Source of the DNA: an uncultured bacterium
Lineage (GTDB): Bacteria; Patescibacteriota; Patescibacteriia; CAIQCM01
Direction: 5' to 3'
Length of the DNA: 64,000 bases
Assembly: GCA_963708045.1 (NCBI GenBank)
Contig: OY970181.1
Coordinates: 515,740-579,739, forward strand
Made by a program: the position numbers and the translations under genes. The notes under the pieces were generated by a model, which saw only the letters and a list, made by a program, of their open reading frames with translations, was not told where the DNA came from and made no database searches. Of this stretch, positions 1 to 9,176 are shown piece by piece (position 1 is the stretch's first letter; every line of letters begins with the position of its first letter).

Positions 1-1
1 T

Positions 2-316
2 TTGCGTGCACCCGCGGAAGTGTTGCTTGCGCGAATTAGTGATCACCATTCGCGACTTTGCGAAAATCGTGAAAGCGAATCGCGGGTCGTGAACGTTACC
101 TCACTGCCGTTGGTTGAGGCAGCGGATCGTCTGCGTCTTCTTGTTCTAGGTCTAAAAACGGAATCCGCTTTTAGCAAATTGGCGATGGACGTTGATGCGG
201 CCGCGGGCAGAATTGTGGAGATAATCAAACTTCGTTTATTCCACGACCTGCCATTTTGCCCCGACCGTCCGCGAACGATGGCGGCACCGCAACCAGTTGT
301 TTCCGCCACACTGTAG
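2..316 (+). CDS. hypothetical protein (5'-truncated by window)
   Basis: Open frame from the window edge to TAG, followed by a terminator hairpin; no motif recognised. Confidence 0.5.
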   Translation: MRAPAEVLLARISDHHSRLCENRESESRVVNVTSLPLVEAADRLRLLVLGLKTESAFSKLAMDVDAAAGRIVEIIKLRLFHDLPFCPDRPRTMAAPQPVVSATL

Positions 317-342
317 TTCGTGAGAGAACGACGTCTCAAAAT

Positions 343-379
343 AAAATCCCGCCTCGAGCGAACTCGCGGCGGGATTTTT
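343..379. terminator. bidirectional rho-independent terminator
   Basis: AAAATCCCGCC...GGCGGGATTTTT between convergent genes. Confidence 0.75.
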
Positions 380-395
380 GCAATTTATTAAAGTT

Positions 396-1700
396 TTAAA
401 AATTTAATCCTTTTAGCGCATCGGCGATCGTTCGGCTGTCGGGTGGAGAAACGATTTTTTTAAGGCCAAAACGCAGGGCTTCGGTAATGCGGCGGTCGGA
501 GCCGCGCACGGTGCGTAGTTCGCCGCCAAGCCCGACCTCGCCAAAGGCGCAGAGGTCAGAGGGAAGTGGTTTGTTTTTGGCGGCCGAATAAATAGCAATC
601 GCAACGGCAAGGTCGGCGGCTGGCTCGCGTAATTTTATTCCGCCGACAATGTTAATGTGCACGTCGGCTTTGCCAAGGTTAAGGCCGCCGCGCGACGAAA
701 GAACGGCCACGATCATTTGTAGGCGATTAAGGTCAAAACCCGAGGCGCGCCGTACGGGAGCGCTATAAGACGACGGGTGGACGAGTGCCTGAACTTCAAC
801 AAGCATTACGCGCGAGCCTTCAAGCGCGGCGGTAATCGCCGAACCGGCGAGGTGCGACCGCTCGCGGACGAAAAGCTCCGAAGGATTGGGGACTTCTTTT
901 AACCCTTTTTCTTTCATTACAAAAACACCGACCTCTTCGGTTGAACCAAAGCGATTTTTTTCGGCGCGCAAAACGCGGAATTGTGATTCGCGATCGCCTT
1001 CAAGCGACAAGTTAACGTCAACGAGATGTTCCAGCGATTTTGGTCCGGCCGCCGAGCCTTCTTTGGTAACCTGTCCGATAATAATTGTCGGCACGCCAGA
1101 CTTTTTTGCGGCATCGGTTAAAATAGCCGCCGAGCTTCGGACACCAGCCAGCGAGCCGGCATCGGCACCCGGAGTTTTCATTGTTTGGATGGAGTCAATA
1201 ATCGCGAGCGATGGACGTTCGTTAGTAATTGTTGCGGCAACGCGGGTGGCATCGGTTTCGCCAAGAAAATTTATTTTTGTAAGATCGGCGCCGATGCGGT
1301 CAAGGCGCATTTTTACTTGCTCAACGCTTTCTTCACCAGAAACATAAAGCGTTTTCGCACCCGTGCGCCCAAGCTCGTTCGCGATTTGCGCCGCGAGCGT
1401 GGACTTGCCGTTCCCGGGTTCGCCGCAAAGCAAAATAACTTCACCAAGAACAAGACCGCCGCCGATCACGCGGTCAACCTCATTAATTCCGGTTGGTGTT
1501 CGCTCACTGCTTACCGAAGAAACATCGGCAAAGGAAACTGTTTTGGCGGCGCCAGCGATCGGCGCTGAGACGGTCGCTTTTTCCGTTTTTATTTCTTCTC
1601 TTACTGAACTCCACGCGCCGCATTCCGAACAGCGCCCGATCCACTTAGGGAACTGGGCGCCGCATTTTTCGCATTCAAAAATCGTTTCAGGTTTTGGCAT
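396..1700 (-). CDS. radA: DNA repair protein RadA/Sms
   Basis: N-terminal CxxC..CxxC zinc finger, Walker A GEPGNGKST, KNRFG motif, Lon-like C-terminus. Confidence 0.97.
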   Translation of the reverse strand: MPKPETIFECEKCGAQFPKWIGRCSECGAWSSVREEIKTEKATVSAPIAGAAKTVSFADVSSVSSERTPTGINEVDRVIGGGLVLGEVILLCGEPGNGKSTLAAQIANELGRTGAKTLYVSGEESVEQVKMRLDRIGADLTKINFLGETDATRVAATITNERPSLAIIDSIQTMKTPGADAGSLAGVRSSAAILTDAAKKSGVPTIIIGQVTKEGSAAGPKSLEHLVDVNLSLEGDRESQFRVLRAEKNRFGSTEEVGVFVMKEKGLKEVPNPSELFVRERSHLAGSAITAALEGSRVMLVEVQALVHPSSYSAPVRRASGFDLNRLQMIVAVLSSRGGLNLGKADVHINIVGGIKLREPAADLAVAIAIYSAAKNKPLPSDLCAFGEVGLGGELRTVRGSDRRITEALRFGLKKIVSPPDSRTIADALKGLNF

Positions 1701-3130
1701 TAGAAGGCAGAGTTACCGGTTCCGTAAGGTCGATCGCAAGGTTTGGCGCGTTTGGCACCAAGCGGTAAATTATATTCAAAGTGCCACCACTCCGGACAAT
1801 AACGCACCCAGCCCGCTTGGTTCATAATTGATTCAAGGGCGTCAATGCGAGCTTGACTCATATTCTCTGAAGTGAGTTCGTTCCCTTTTGAAATAAGGTG
1901 AATATCAACCGCGTGGCCCGTAAGATGGGCGCCGCTGCAGGTAGTGCCAGTGGCGACGTGTTTTCTGGCTTCTTCTTCGGAACCATACTGCGCAACGGCG
2001 TCTCTAAATTTTGCTTGTTGTTCGGCCTGTGTTCTTATGGCGTCAACAACTTTTAGACCGGAAAAATTCGCGCCGCTTCCTGGTTCTTTTGGTGGGTTTC
2101 CTGGGTCAACGGTTTTGGCGGCAATTTGTCCAGCTTGCCCTAGCGCGCCATTCGTGTCGCTCGTGAGACGATTATCTCCGGCGGCCGCAGTTATGTTTGA
2201 AGTTCCAGAAATGTTCGTTAATGTTGCTGCGTCGGCGCAGGTAAAATTCCCAATGTCCGAGCCAACGTCGGCAAGCGGCAACGGCACGCCGGTTACGGAT
2301 TTTAGAGTTATTGATTTTAAAGCAGTTAGTTGTGGATTGATAAGTTGAAGCGCAGTGTATGAACCAAGAGCAAGCAAGAGGCCGATAACCGCGCTTGTGA
2401 TCATTGTTTTGGCTTCGGAAATTTGCGGCGCGCTCCCCGCGGCAATAAGCCAGCGAAAACCACCAACCATAATCATAATGACGGCGAGGACGGCGGCCAT
2501 CGCGACGCCGTAGCGGTACAAGGCGCTAATGTAGACGGCAATGTAGGGGATATTAATGTCGCCGTTCGCGTCCTGGGTTGCGACCAAGTCGGAAATATTT
2601 AAAGTCGGAATGTCAATCATTAATTTTGGATTGACAGCGGTAAAAGGAATTGCGGCTGGCGTGGTTGGTACAGTGCCGCCAGGAGAGGTGGTCTCGGTTT
2701 TGGCGCCGCATTCGGGAACCAGATCCATTGAAGTTTTAGGAATCTCGCTCAGGAAAACATAGCCGGCGATCGGCGGTGTGACCGTTGAGCAGTTTTCTTT
2801 TGGACCGTTTGTTTCGGCGCAGATATTGCCGCCTGGGTTTGTCAGGCAGGTGGTTGTTGCGGAGTCGCAAGGCGGCGGGGTTGGCGTTGTTCCACCGGAA
2901 GAGCTTCCTGGTGGGGCGAAAACGCAGGTGTTAGAAATATATTTATCGCAAAAAGTTGGATCTGTTTCACAGTGGGCTTGGGTTGCACCAAACGCCGCGC
3001 AACCTTGCGCCGGCGGCGGAAAGCATTTGGCCATTTCGCTGCTTTTGGTAATACAACAAAATCTAGCCATTGTTGGCAGCGGTGTGCAAAGAAAAAAAGT
3101 TAAAATTGTCGCGAAAATTATTTTTTTCAT
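1700..3130 (-). CDS. secreted Cys-rich protein with TrbC/VirB2-like pilin domain and C-terminal M15 (VanY/D-Ala-D-Ala) peptidase domain
   Basis: Signal peptide; pilin signature YISALYRYG...IMVGGFRWLIAAGS...EAKTMITSAVIGL...LINPQL; peptidase motifs IRTQAEQ, SGAHLTGHAVD, EWWHFEY. Confidence 0.8.
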   Translation of the reverse strand: MKKIIFATILTFFLCTPLPTMARFCCITKSSEMAKCFPPPAQGCAAFGATQAHCETDPTFCDKYISNTCVFAPPGSSSGGTTPTPPPCDSATTTCLTNPGGNICAETNGPKENCSTVTPPIAGYVFLSEIPKTSMDLVPECGAKTETTSPGGTVPTTPAAIPFTAVNPKLMIDIPTLNISDLVATQDANGDINIPYIAVYISALYRYGVAMAAVLAVIMIMVGGFRWLIAAGSAPQISEAKTMITSAVIGLLLALGSYTALQLINPQLTALKSITLKSVTGVPLPLADVGSDIGNFTCADAATLTNISGTSNITAAAGDNRLTSDTNGALGQAGQIAAKTVDPGNPPKEPGSGANFSGLKVVDAIRTQAEQQAKFRDAVAQYGSEEEARKHVATGTTCSGAHLTGHAVDIHLISKGNELTSENMSQARIDALESIMNQAGWVRYCPEWWHFEYNLPLGAKRAKPCDRPYGTGNSAF

Positions 3131-3132
3131 TT

Positions 3133-3783
3133 TTATTCCAGAAAAATATTTATTTCCTGAGCGGTGACGTTGCCCGAATATACCTCGCCATTAATAAAAA
3201 GATAGGGGAGCGAATCAATGCCGGCTGCGTCGCCCGAAGCAAGTCCATAATTGACTTCGTTTTTATGTACTAGGTTTTTAAGACAAGAAGAAAACGTACC
3301 TAGATTAAGCTTAAGCTCAGCGGCAAGGGTAGTGTATTTTTCTTCGTTTAAAGAATTTTGATATTGAAAAAGCGCGTCATGAAATTGCCAAAATTTTCCT
3401 TGGTCGTTCGCGCAGCGTGCTGCCTCGGCAGCCGCCGCGGCGTTGGCGTGTCCCGACATTGGATAATCTTTCCAAACAAGACGCGTATCGTTTCGGAGTT
3501 TTACCAAAGCGGCAAGTTCGCTTGCCGCATTGGCACAAGCGGCGCATTCATAATCGCCAAATTCAATAATCGTGTTCACGGCATTTTTTGGTCCCAAGAA
3601 CGGGTCAGACGCCAAAACACCAGGTACGACAATGTTATCGGCGTTTTTATTTAAATCAAAGTCAGCGATGCGCGGCGTTGTGGTGGGACTAGAAAAAACA
3701 AAAAAAGCAAAAATACCAATTACCGCAATCGCGGCCAGGGAAATATAAATCGCCAATTTTCCGGAGAGCTTATCGTCGGTCAT
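3133..3783 (-). CDS. DsbA-family thiol-disulfide oxidoreductase (thioredoxin_4-like)
   Basis: N-terminal TM, EFGDYECAAC, AARCANDQGKFWQFHDALF, cis-Pro loop SLPYLFING. Confidence 0.9.
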   Translation of the reverse strand: MTDDKLSGKLAIYISLAAIAVIGIFAFFVFSSPTTTPRIADFDLNKNADNIVVPGVLASDPFLGPKNAVNTIIEFGDYECAACANAASELAALVKLRNDTRLVWKDYPMSGHANAAAAAEAARCANDQGKFWQFHDALFQYQNSLNEEKYTTLAAELKLNLGTFSSCLKNLVHKNEVNYGLASGDAAGIDSLPYLFINGEVYSGNVTAQEINIFLE

Positions 3784-5000
3784 TAGCGGAGAAGCATATT
3801 TTTAATAGAGCCGGTTCTGGCGTCCAAAAGAAAAAGATTGGTTTCGTCTTTTGAAATTTGTATTTTTGAAACGGTCATATCGTTTTCCGGACGGCCAATA
3901 AAGGACACCGTGCCGCTGGCTGCATTAATGCTATAAATGGAGTCGGGCGTATTGTTTAAGATTGTTGGATCCAAGCCGGAGCCTTCGGGTAAAACATCGG
4001 GGACGGCGCAATAGATGGTTTTGTTTCCAAAAAAAACGCATTTGTCGGCGGTGGTAAAAAGTTCGGTCGTAATACGGTCGCCGCCCGGCGTGGCGCCCGT
4101 TCCATCAACGATATAAAGACGCGGCTTGTAGTCGTCGTCGTTTGAAGCGGTGGAATAAAGAATTAGCGCGCCGTCGGGTGACCAAAGTGGGTCAAAATTT
4201 TCTCCTTGAACCGTGATGCCGGGCAAGTTTTCTCCATTTTTTCCGATCAGCAAAATAACTTTACTGCCAGGGTCGGCAAGCGGCCCGGTTTGTGAGAAAG
4301 CGGCAACTTGGCCGTTTGGCGATTGCTTAATAATTACTTTGTCAGCGTTCGCGCCCATTGGTTCAATCGGTTGCGGATCACTGCCGTCGCCTTTAGAAAC
4401 AATAAGCCAGTTTTGGTCGTTTGCATCATCGGTATTTTTTGTCGCCAGGTCGCCGTTTTGGGAAAAAGAAAATTCTGACCAAGTTTTTGGCAGCGTCGTC
4501 TGTTTTTGCGAGTCAAAATTAAAAGTTATTTTACTGCCGTCGGGAAATTCAATAACCGCGGTTTTGGCGTCGGTTGACCAGGTTACATTTTGCACGTCGG
4601 GAAAAATTTGCGAAGAAAGTTCTTGTTTGGTTCCGTCTGGTTTTACGGTGAAAAACTTTCCCGTTGCCCGATCATAATAATTTACCGATCGTCCATCTGT
4701 GCCAAGCGTTGCTCCAGCGGTTTCTCCGGAAACCAAAGTTGAAACAATCGTGAGTCCGCCGCGAGCCACAAGCGAGGCGCTCGTAAGGCTGGTATTGGCG
4801 TTTTCGTTTCCTGGAACAACGGGACGATTTCCAGCCTGGCCAGCCGAAGGAAGATTGCCGGAAGGAGTATTTATGTTGGTATTTTCTGGCGGCGGCGTTA
4901 CCGCGCTTGGTTTAAAAAAGAAGAAATAAATGGCATAAGCCATGCCGCAAACAACGGCGAGAAGTAAAATGCCCAAAGCGATGCGTTTAGTTAATGACAT
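3783..5000 (-). CDS. membrane-anchored beta-propeller (TolB-like) hypothetical protein
   Basis: N-terminal TM, Pro-rich linker, repeated WSxDG/FSxNG blades. Confidence 0.7.
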   Translation of the reverse strand: MSLTKRIALGILLLAVVCGMAYAIYFFFFKPSAVTPPPENTNINTPSGNLPSAGQAGNRPVVPGNENANTSLTSASLVARGGLTIVSTLVSGETAGATLGTDGRSVNYYDRATGKFFTVKPDGTKQELSSQIFPDVQNVTWSTDAKTAVIEFPDGSKITFNFDSQKQTTLPKTWSEFSFSQNGDLATKNTDDANDQNWLIVSKGDGSDPQPIEPMGANADKVIIKQSPNGQVAAFSQTGPLADPGSKVILLIGKNGENLPGITVQGENFDPLWSPDGALILYSTASNDDDYKPRLYIVDGTGATPGGDRITTELFTTADKCVFFGNKTIYCAVPDVLPEGSGLDPTILNNTPDSIYSINAASGTVSFIGRPENDMTVSKIQISKDETNLFLLDARTGSIKNMLLR

Positions 5001-5045
5001 AGTTGTTTATTATAACGCATTATCAAAGTTTGGGCACGTAATTAT

Positions 5046-5073
5046 TAACTTTTAACTGTTAACTGTTAACTTT
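5046..5073. repeat. heptamer tandem repeat TAACT(T/G)T x4
   Basis: TAACTTT TAACTGT TAACTGT TAACTTT read directly. Confidence 0.85.
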
Positions 5074-5129
5074 TTGGAAAATAACAAAAAAGACCCAGCG
5101 TTGAGTCTTTTTTGTTATTAAACTTTTAG

Positions 5130-5681
5130 CTAAAACTGGACTTTTGGCGCTTCGCGTTCGGCGCCGGTCATTGTTTCAAAAAATTCACGAGCGGTAAACT
5201 TGAGAAGTGAGGCGATAATGTTGGTTGGAATTGATTGAATAAGGATGTTCCAGTCGCGAACATTGGCGTTGTAAAAACGGCGCGCGGCTTCAATTTTGTC
5301 TTCAGCATCGCGCAACTCCGACTGCAAACGCATAAAGTTTTCCGAAGCTTTAAGTTCGGGGTAATTTTCCGCAACCGCAAAAAGGGTTTTTAAGGTGGAG
5401 GTCAGCATATTTTCCGCGACCGCGTGCTCGGCTGGGGACTTGGCGTTCATCGCCGCGGAACGGGCGAGGGCAATATCTTCAAAGGTGGATTTTTCGTGGA
5501 CAGCGTAGCCTTTGACCGTCTCCACCATATTGGGGATAAGGTCGTAGCGGCGCTTAAGCTGAACGTCAATGTCGGACCACGAATTATCGGCGGCGTTTTT
5601 TGCGCCGATGAGTTTGTTGTAAGTCGCTACAAACCAAGCGAGAATAATAACGATGACGCCAATTACGATCCAAAGGGCCAT
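5130..5681 (-). CDS. lemA: LemA family protein
   Basis: TM then YNKL, WSDIDVQLKRRYDLIPN, AENYPELKASENF, ARRFYN. Confidence 0.95.
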   Translation of the reverse strand: MALWIVIGVIVIILAWFVATYNKLIGAKNAADNSWSDIDVQLKRRYDLIPNMVETVKGYAVHEKSTFEDIALARSAAMNAKSPAEHAVAENMLTSTLKTLFAVAENYPELKASENFMRLQSELRDAEDKIEAARRFYNANVRDWNILIQSIPTNIIASLLKFTAREFFETMTGAEREAPKVQF

Positions 5682-5757
5682 AGTAGTTATTTAGTTAATA
5701 ATCAAGTATTATATATTTATGGTCGCACAGTCGCGGCTATTCGTCAATCATAAAAAT

Positions 5758-7110
5758 ATGGAAATTAGTCCAAAAATATTCAAATCCTACGATATTCGCG
5801 GTTTGGCCAATAGTGAAATAAACGAAAAGAATGCCGAACTAATCGGTCGCGCTCTTGTGGAGTATTCGGAGGCAGAGCGGGTTCTTGTTGCACGCGATAT
5901 GCGTCTTTCTTCGCCGTCACTGCTTCGTGCTCTTGAGCGCGGGATAAATGCTTCTGGCGCTGACGTAATTGATATTGGTCTGGCTTCAAACCCGCTTTTT
6001 TATTTTGCCGTATCCGAAGAATTCCGCGATGGGAAAAAGGGTGCGGGCGTTAATGTTACTGCCTCGCATAATCCCAAAGAATATAACGGCTTTAAACTTG
6101 TTCACGAAGACGGTTCGCCGATTGGCGAAGGCGCGGGAATGGAAGCGATCCGCGATCTCGTGCTGGCTCAGAAATTTGACAATCATAAGCCGGGGAAAAT
6201 TAGCGAGAAAGATTTGCTTAAAAAATATATTGAACGCATTCTCTCGTTGGTTCCCAAAGAAGCGGTGGGCGAGCGACGTGTGGTTTTTGACGCGGGTAAT
6301 GGTATGGCCGGCATTACGCTTCCTGCTTTTATTCGCGCCTACGGGATTCAGAATGAAAATTTATTTTTTGATCTTAACGGCAATTTCCCAAACCATACGC
6401 CCAACCCCGTGCAAGAAGAAACGCTTGGCGCTCTAAAAAATATGGTTTTGCAAACGCACTCGGAGCTTGGTGTGTCTTTTGATGGCGACGCTGACCGGGT
6501 TGGGTTTGTTGATGAGCGTGGCGTTTTTGTACACGGCGACATTATGACAGCGTTTATCGCTAAAGAAATGTTGCGGCGAAGTCCGGGGAGCTGGATTGTG
6601 ACGACAATTCAGGCGAGCTTGATTGTGGGCGAAACTGTTTCCGCCGCCCATGGGAAATTAGAGACCGTCCGTGTCGGCAGTCCGTTTTTAAAATACGCGA
6701 TGCGTAAGTCGGGTGCGGTTTTTGGCGGCGAGCTTTCTATGCACTTTGTATTTCGCGAAATGAATTATTTGGAAGCGCCGGAACTGGCTGTAGCGATTGT
6801 TCTGGCCGCAATAAATCGTGAGAAAAAACCTTTTTCCGAATTAATTCGGCCACTCATTAAGTACCACAAGACCGCCGAAATTAATTTTCCCGTTAAAGAC
6901 AAGGTCGCCACACTTGCTGCTTTGGAGAAAAAATATTCCGACGGCAAAGTTAATCATTTGGACGGCGTGCGAATTGATTATCCCTCGTGGTGGTTTTCGG
7001 TTCGTGTTTCTAATACCGAACCCGTCATCCGCCTAAACCTTGAAGCCAATACGGAAGAAGAAAAGAACTCGCGCCTCGCGGAGGTAATGGAAATTATAAA
7101 AAACTTTTAA
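5758..7110 (+). CDS. phosphomannomutase/phosphoglucomutase
   Basis: IFKSYDIRG, TASHNP catalytic Ser, FDGDADR metal loop, RVSNTEP; ATG at 5758 preferred. Confidence 0.95.
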   Translation: MEISPKIFKSYDIRGLANSEINEKNAELIGRALVEYSEAERVLVARDMRLSSPSLLRALERGINASGADVIDIGLASNPLFYFAVSEEFRDGKKGAGVNVTASHNPKEYNGFKLVHEDGSPIGEGAGMEAIRDLVLAQKFDNHKPGKISEKDLLKKYIERILSLVPKEAVGERRVVFDAGNGMAGITLPAFIRAYGIQNENLFFDLNGNFPNHTPNPVQEETLGALKNMVLQTHSELGVSFDGDADRVGFVDERGVFVHGDIMTAFIAKEMLRRSPGSWIVTTIQASLIVGETVSAAHGKLETVRVGSPFLKYAMRKSGAVFGGELSMHFVFREMNYLEAPELAVAIVLAAINREKKPFSELIRPLIKYHKTAEINFPVKDKVATLAALEKKYSDGKVNHLDGVRIDYPSWWFSVRVSNTEPVIRLNLEANTEEEKNSRLAEVMEIIKNF

Positions 7111-7172
7111 CTTTTAACTTTTAACTATTAGGAAAGACCTAAAAGTTAACAGTTAACAGTTAACAGTTCGGC
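7101..7172. repeat. inverted pair of heptamer arrays (TAACTTT)n ... (ACAGTTA)n
   Basis: 4 units, short TAGG..CCTA hairpin spacer, 4 reverse-complement units; supplies the PMM stop codon. Confidence 0.85.
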
Positions 7173-7173
7173 A

Positions 7174-7959
7174 ATGATCGGCATCTTTGACTCGGGAATC
7201 GGTGGACTTACCGTGGCACGCGCTGTGCGGAAAAAAATTCCTGGCGCGGATATTTTGTATTTTGGCGACGTCGCGCGGATGCCGTATGGCAACAAAAGCG
7301 CAGAAACGGTTGTTGAATATAGTCGCGAGATTGTTCGTTATCTCGTGGCGCATGGTGCAGAAATGATCATCATTGCCTGCAATACCGCTTCTGCCGCGGC
7401 GGCGGATAAATTGCGAAAAGAATTCTCCGTTCCGATTTTAGACGTCATTAAACCTGCCGTTCTTGTGGCACGTAGCATGTCGCGTGTGGCACGTAGCAAT
7501 ATTGCCGTTTTGGGTACCAGGGGGACAATTGGGAGCGGCGCCTACCAAAAGCTGTTGCGTAAAGGCGACGGCAAGGTTAAGGTATTTCCGCTCGCTTGCC
7601 CAATGTTTGTTCCGCTGGTTGAAGAGGGTTTTGCTGGCACCCGCGAAGGCGCGGAAATCGTAAAGCATACTCTGCGGCCGCTTGCTCATAAAAAAATAAC
7701 CAAAGTTATTCTTGGTTGTACTCATTATCCGTTGCTTAAAAAAGAGATTGCGGCGGTTTTTCCAAAAGCTCGGCTTGTTGATTCTTCCGCTGTCGCCATT
7801 CTAGCGGCGCGGCTCTATAAAAAAAGCGGCAAAGCAGGGAAGACGCAAGTTGTCGTGACCGACCTAACGCCGCATTTCAACAGGTTAGCTCAAAAAATAA
7901 TGGGAGAAAAAATCGCCGTTAAAAAAATCACCATTGATAAATTAAATTCAAAAAAATAA
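7174..7959 (+). CDS. murI: glutamate racemase
   Basis: IGIFDSGIGGLTV, PYGNKS, IACNTAS, LGCTHYP. Confidence 0.97.
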   Translation: MIGIFDSGIGGLTVARAVRKKIPGADILYFGDVARMPYGNKSAETVVEYSREIVRYLVAHGAEMIIIACNTASAAAADKLRKEFSVPILDVIKPAVLVARSMSRVARSNIAVLGTRGTIGSGAYQKLLRKGDGKVKVFPLACPMFVPLVEEGFAGTREGAEIVKHTLRPLAHKKITKVILGCTHYPLLKKEIAAVFPKARLVDSSAVAILAARLYKKSGKAGKTQVVVTDLTPHFNRLAQKIMGEKIAVKKITIDKLNSKK

Positions 7960-7975
7960 CTTAACCCAACGCCAA

Positions 7976-9076
7976 ATGTCTCTTGTCTTAGCTTTTATCA
8001 TTGTTTTTGCCACAATTGTTTTTGTTCACGAATTCGGTCATTTTATTACTGCGCGCAAATCGGGAATGAACGTTGAAGAATTTGGCTTTGGTTTTCCGCC
8101 GCGATTGTTTTCTATAAAACGCGGCCAGACGGTTTATTCGCTAAACCTTATTCCCTTGGGTGGCTTTGTTAAAATAAAAGGGGAGAATGGCGAAGACAAC
8201 GATTCGTCCGACAGTTTTTCCGCAAAAAGCATTCCGCGTCGCGCGATTACTTTGGCCGCCGGCGTTCTCGCGAACGTTCTTTTGGCGTTCGTTATTTTTA
8301 CCGTTATCTATATTGTTGGCGCGCCGCAGATGACCGAAAATTTGCCGCCTAGCGCGATTGTTTCCGGTGAACGGACGGTGATAACCGAAGTCCTTGCAGA
8401 TTCACCGGCGGCGCGCGCGTCGCTAAAGGCCAATGATGAGGTTTTAAAAATTAACAACGGGAAAATAACTGGCGTTCTGGCTTTGCAGACAGAAATAAAA
8501 AATAGCGTCGGTGACATTAACTTGCTCATTTCTCGCTCGGGCAAGGAATTTAATGTCACAATTACACCAGCCGCGCTTTCGGAAACCGTGAGCCGTGGCA
8601 TTGGCGTCGGGTTGGCTGATATTGGAACTGTGCGCTTTCCTTGGTATCGGGCGCCAATATACGCCGCTTCCGCCGTTGCCTCGGTGACAACGGCAATCGG
8701 CAGTTCACTTTGGAGTTTGATTGTGAATATCGTCATTGGCAAAGGTCTTTCGTCCGAAGTGTCGGGTCCAATCGGCATTGCCGCGGCAACGGGACAAGCG
8801 GCCAACTTAGGCTGGCGATATTTGGCTCAGTTTACGGCAATTTTATCGTTAAATTTGGCCGTTTTAAACATCATTCCGTTTCCAGCGCTTGATGGCGGGC
8901 GCTTGCTCTTTTTGCTAGTTGAGGCCTTGCGCCGCCGTCCGATTTCTAGGAAGATTGAAGGGGTCGTCCACCAGTCGGGTTTTGCTTTGTTAATGCTTCT
9001 TGTATTAGTAATTACTTGGAAAGATCTGATAAGATATGGAGGAGCAATCGGTGGGTTTTTTAAGGGAATGTTTTAG
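7976..9076 (+). CDS. rseP: site-2 intramembrane zinc metalloprotease RseP (M50) with PDZ domain
   Basis: HEFGH, IPLGGFVKI, PDZ region, NIIPFPALDGG. Confidence 0.95.
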   Translation: MSLVLAFIIVFATIVFVHEFGHFITARKSGMNVEEFGFGFPPRLFSIKRGQTVYSLNLIPLGGFVKIKGENGEDNDSSDSFSAKSIPRRAITLAAGVLANVLLAFVIFTVIYIVGAPQMTENLPPSAIVSGERTVITEVLADSPAARASLKANDEVLKINNGKITGVLALQTEIKNSVGDINLLISRSGKEFNVTITPAALSETVSRGIGVGLADIGTVRFPWYRAPIYAASAVASVTTAIGSSLWSLIVNIVIGKGLSSEVSGPIGIAAATGQAANLGWRYLAQFTAILSLNLAVLNIIPFPALDGGRLLFLLVEALRRRPISRKIEGVVHQSGFALLMLLVLVITWKDLIRYGGAIGGFFKGMF

Positions 9077-9080
9077 CATA

Positions 9081-9168
9081 TACCATGAACCACGTACCAT
9101 GTACCATCCACCAAGGAGTAGTTAATGGTTTGTTTTCAATGGTTCATGGTTCATGGTGCATGGTTCAT
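9081..9168. repeat. inverted pair of heptamer arrays (ATGAACC-like)n ... (GGTTCAT)n with GAGTAGTTAATGG core
   Basis: Read directly; core shared with 59549 and 61271. Confidence 0.85.
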
Positions 9169-9176
9169 AAATAAAT

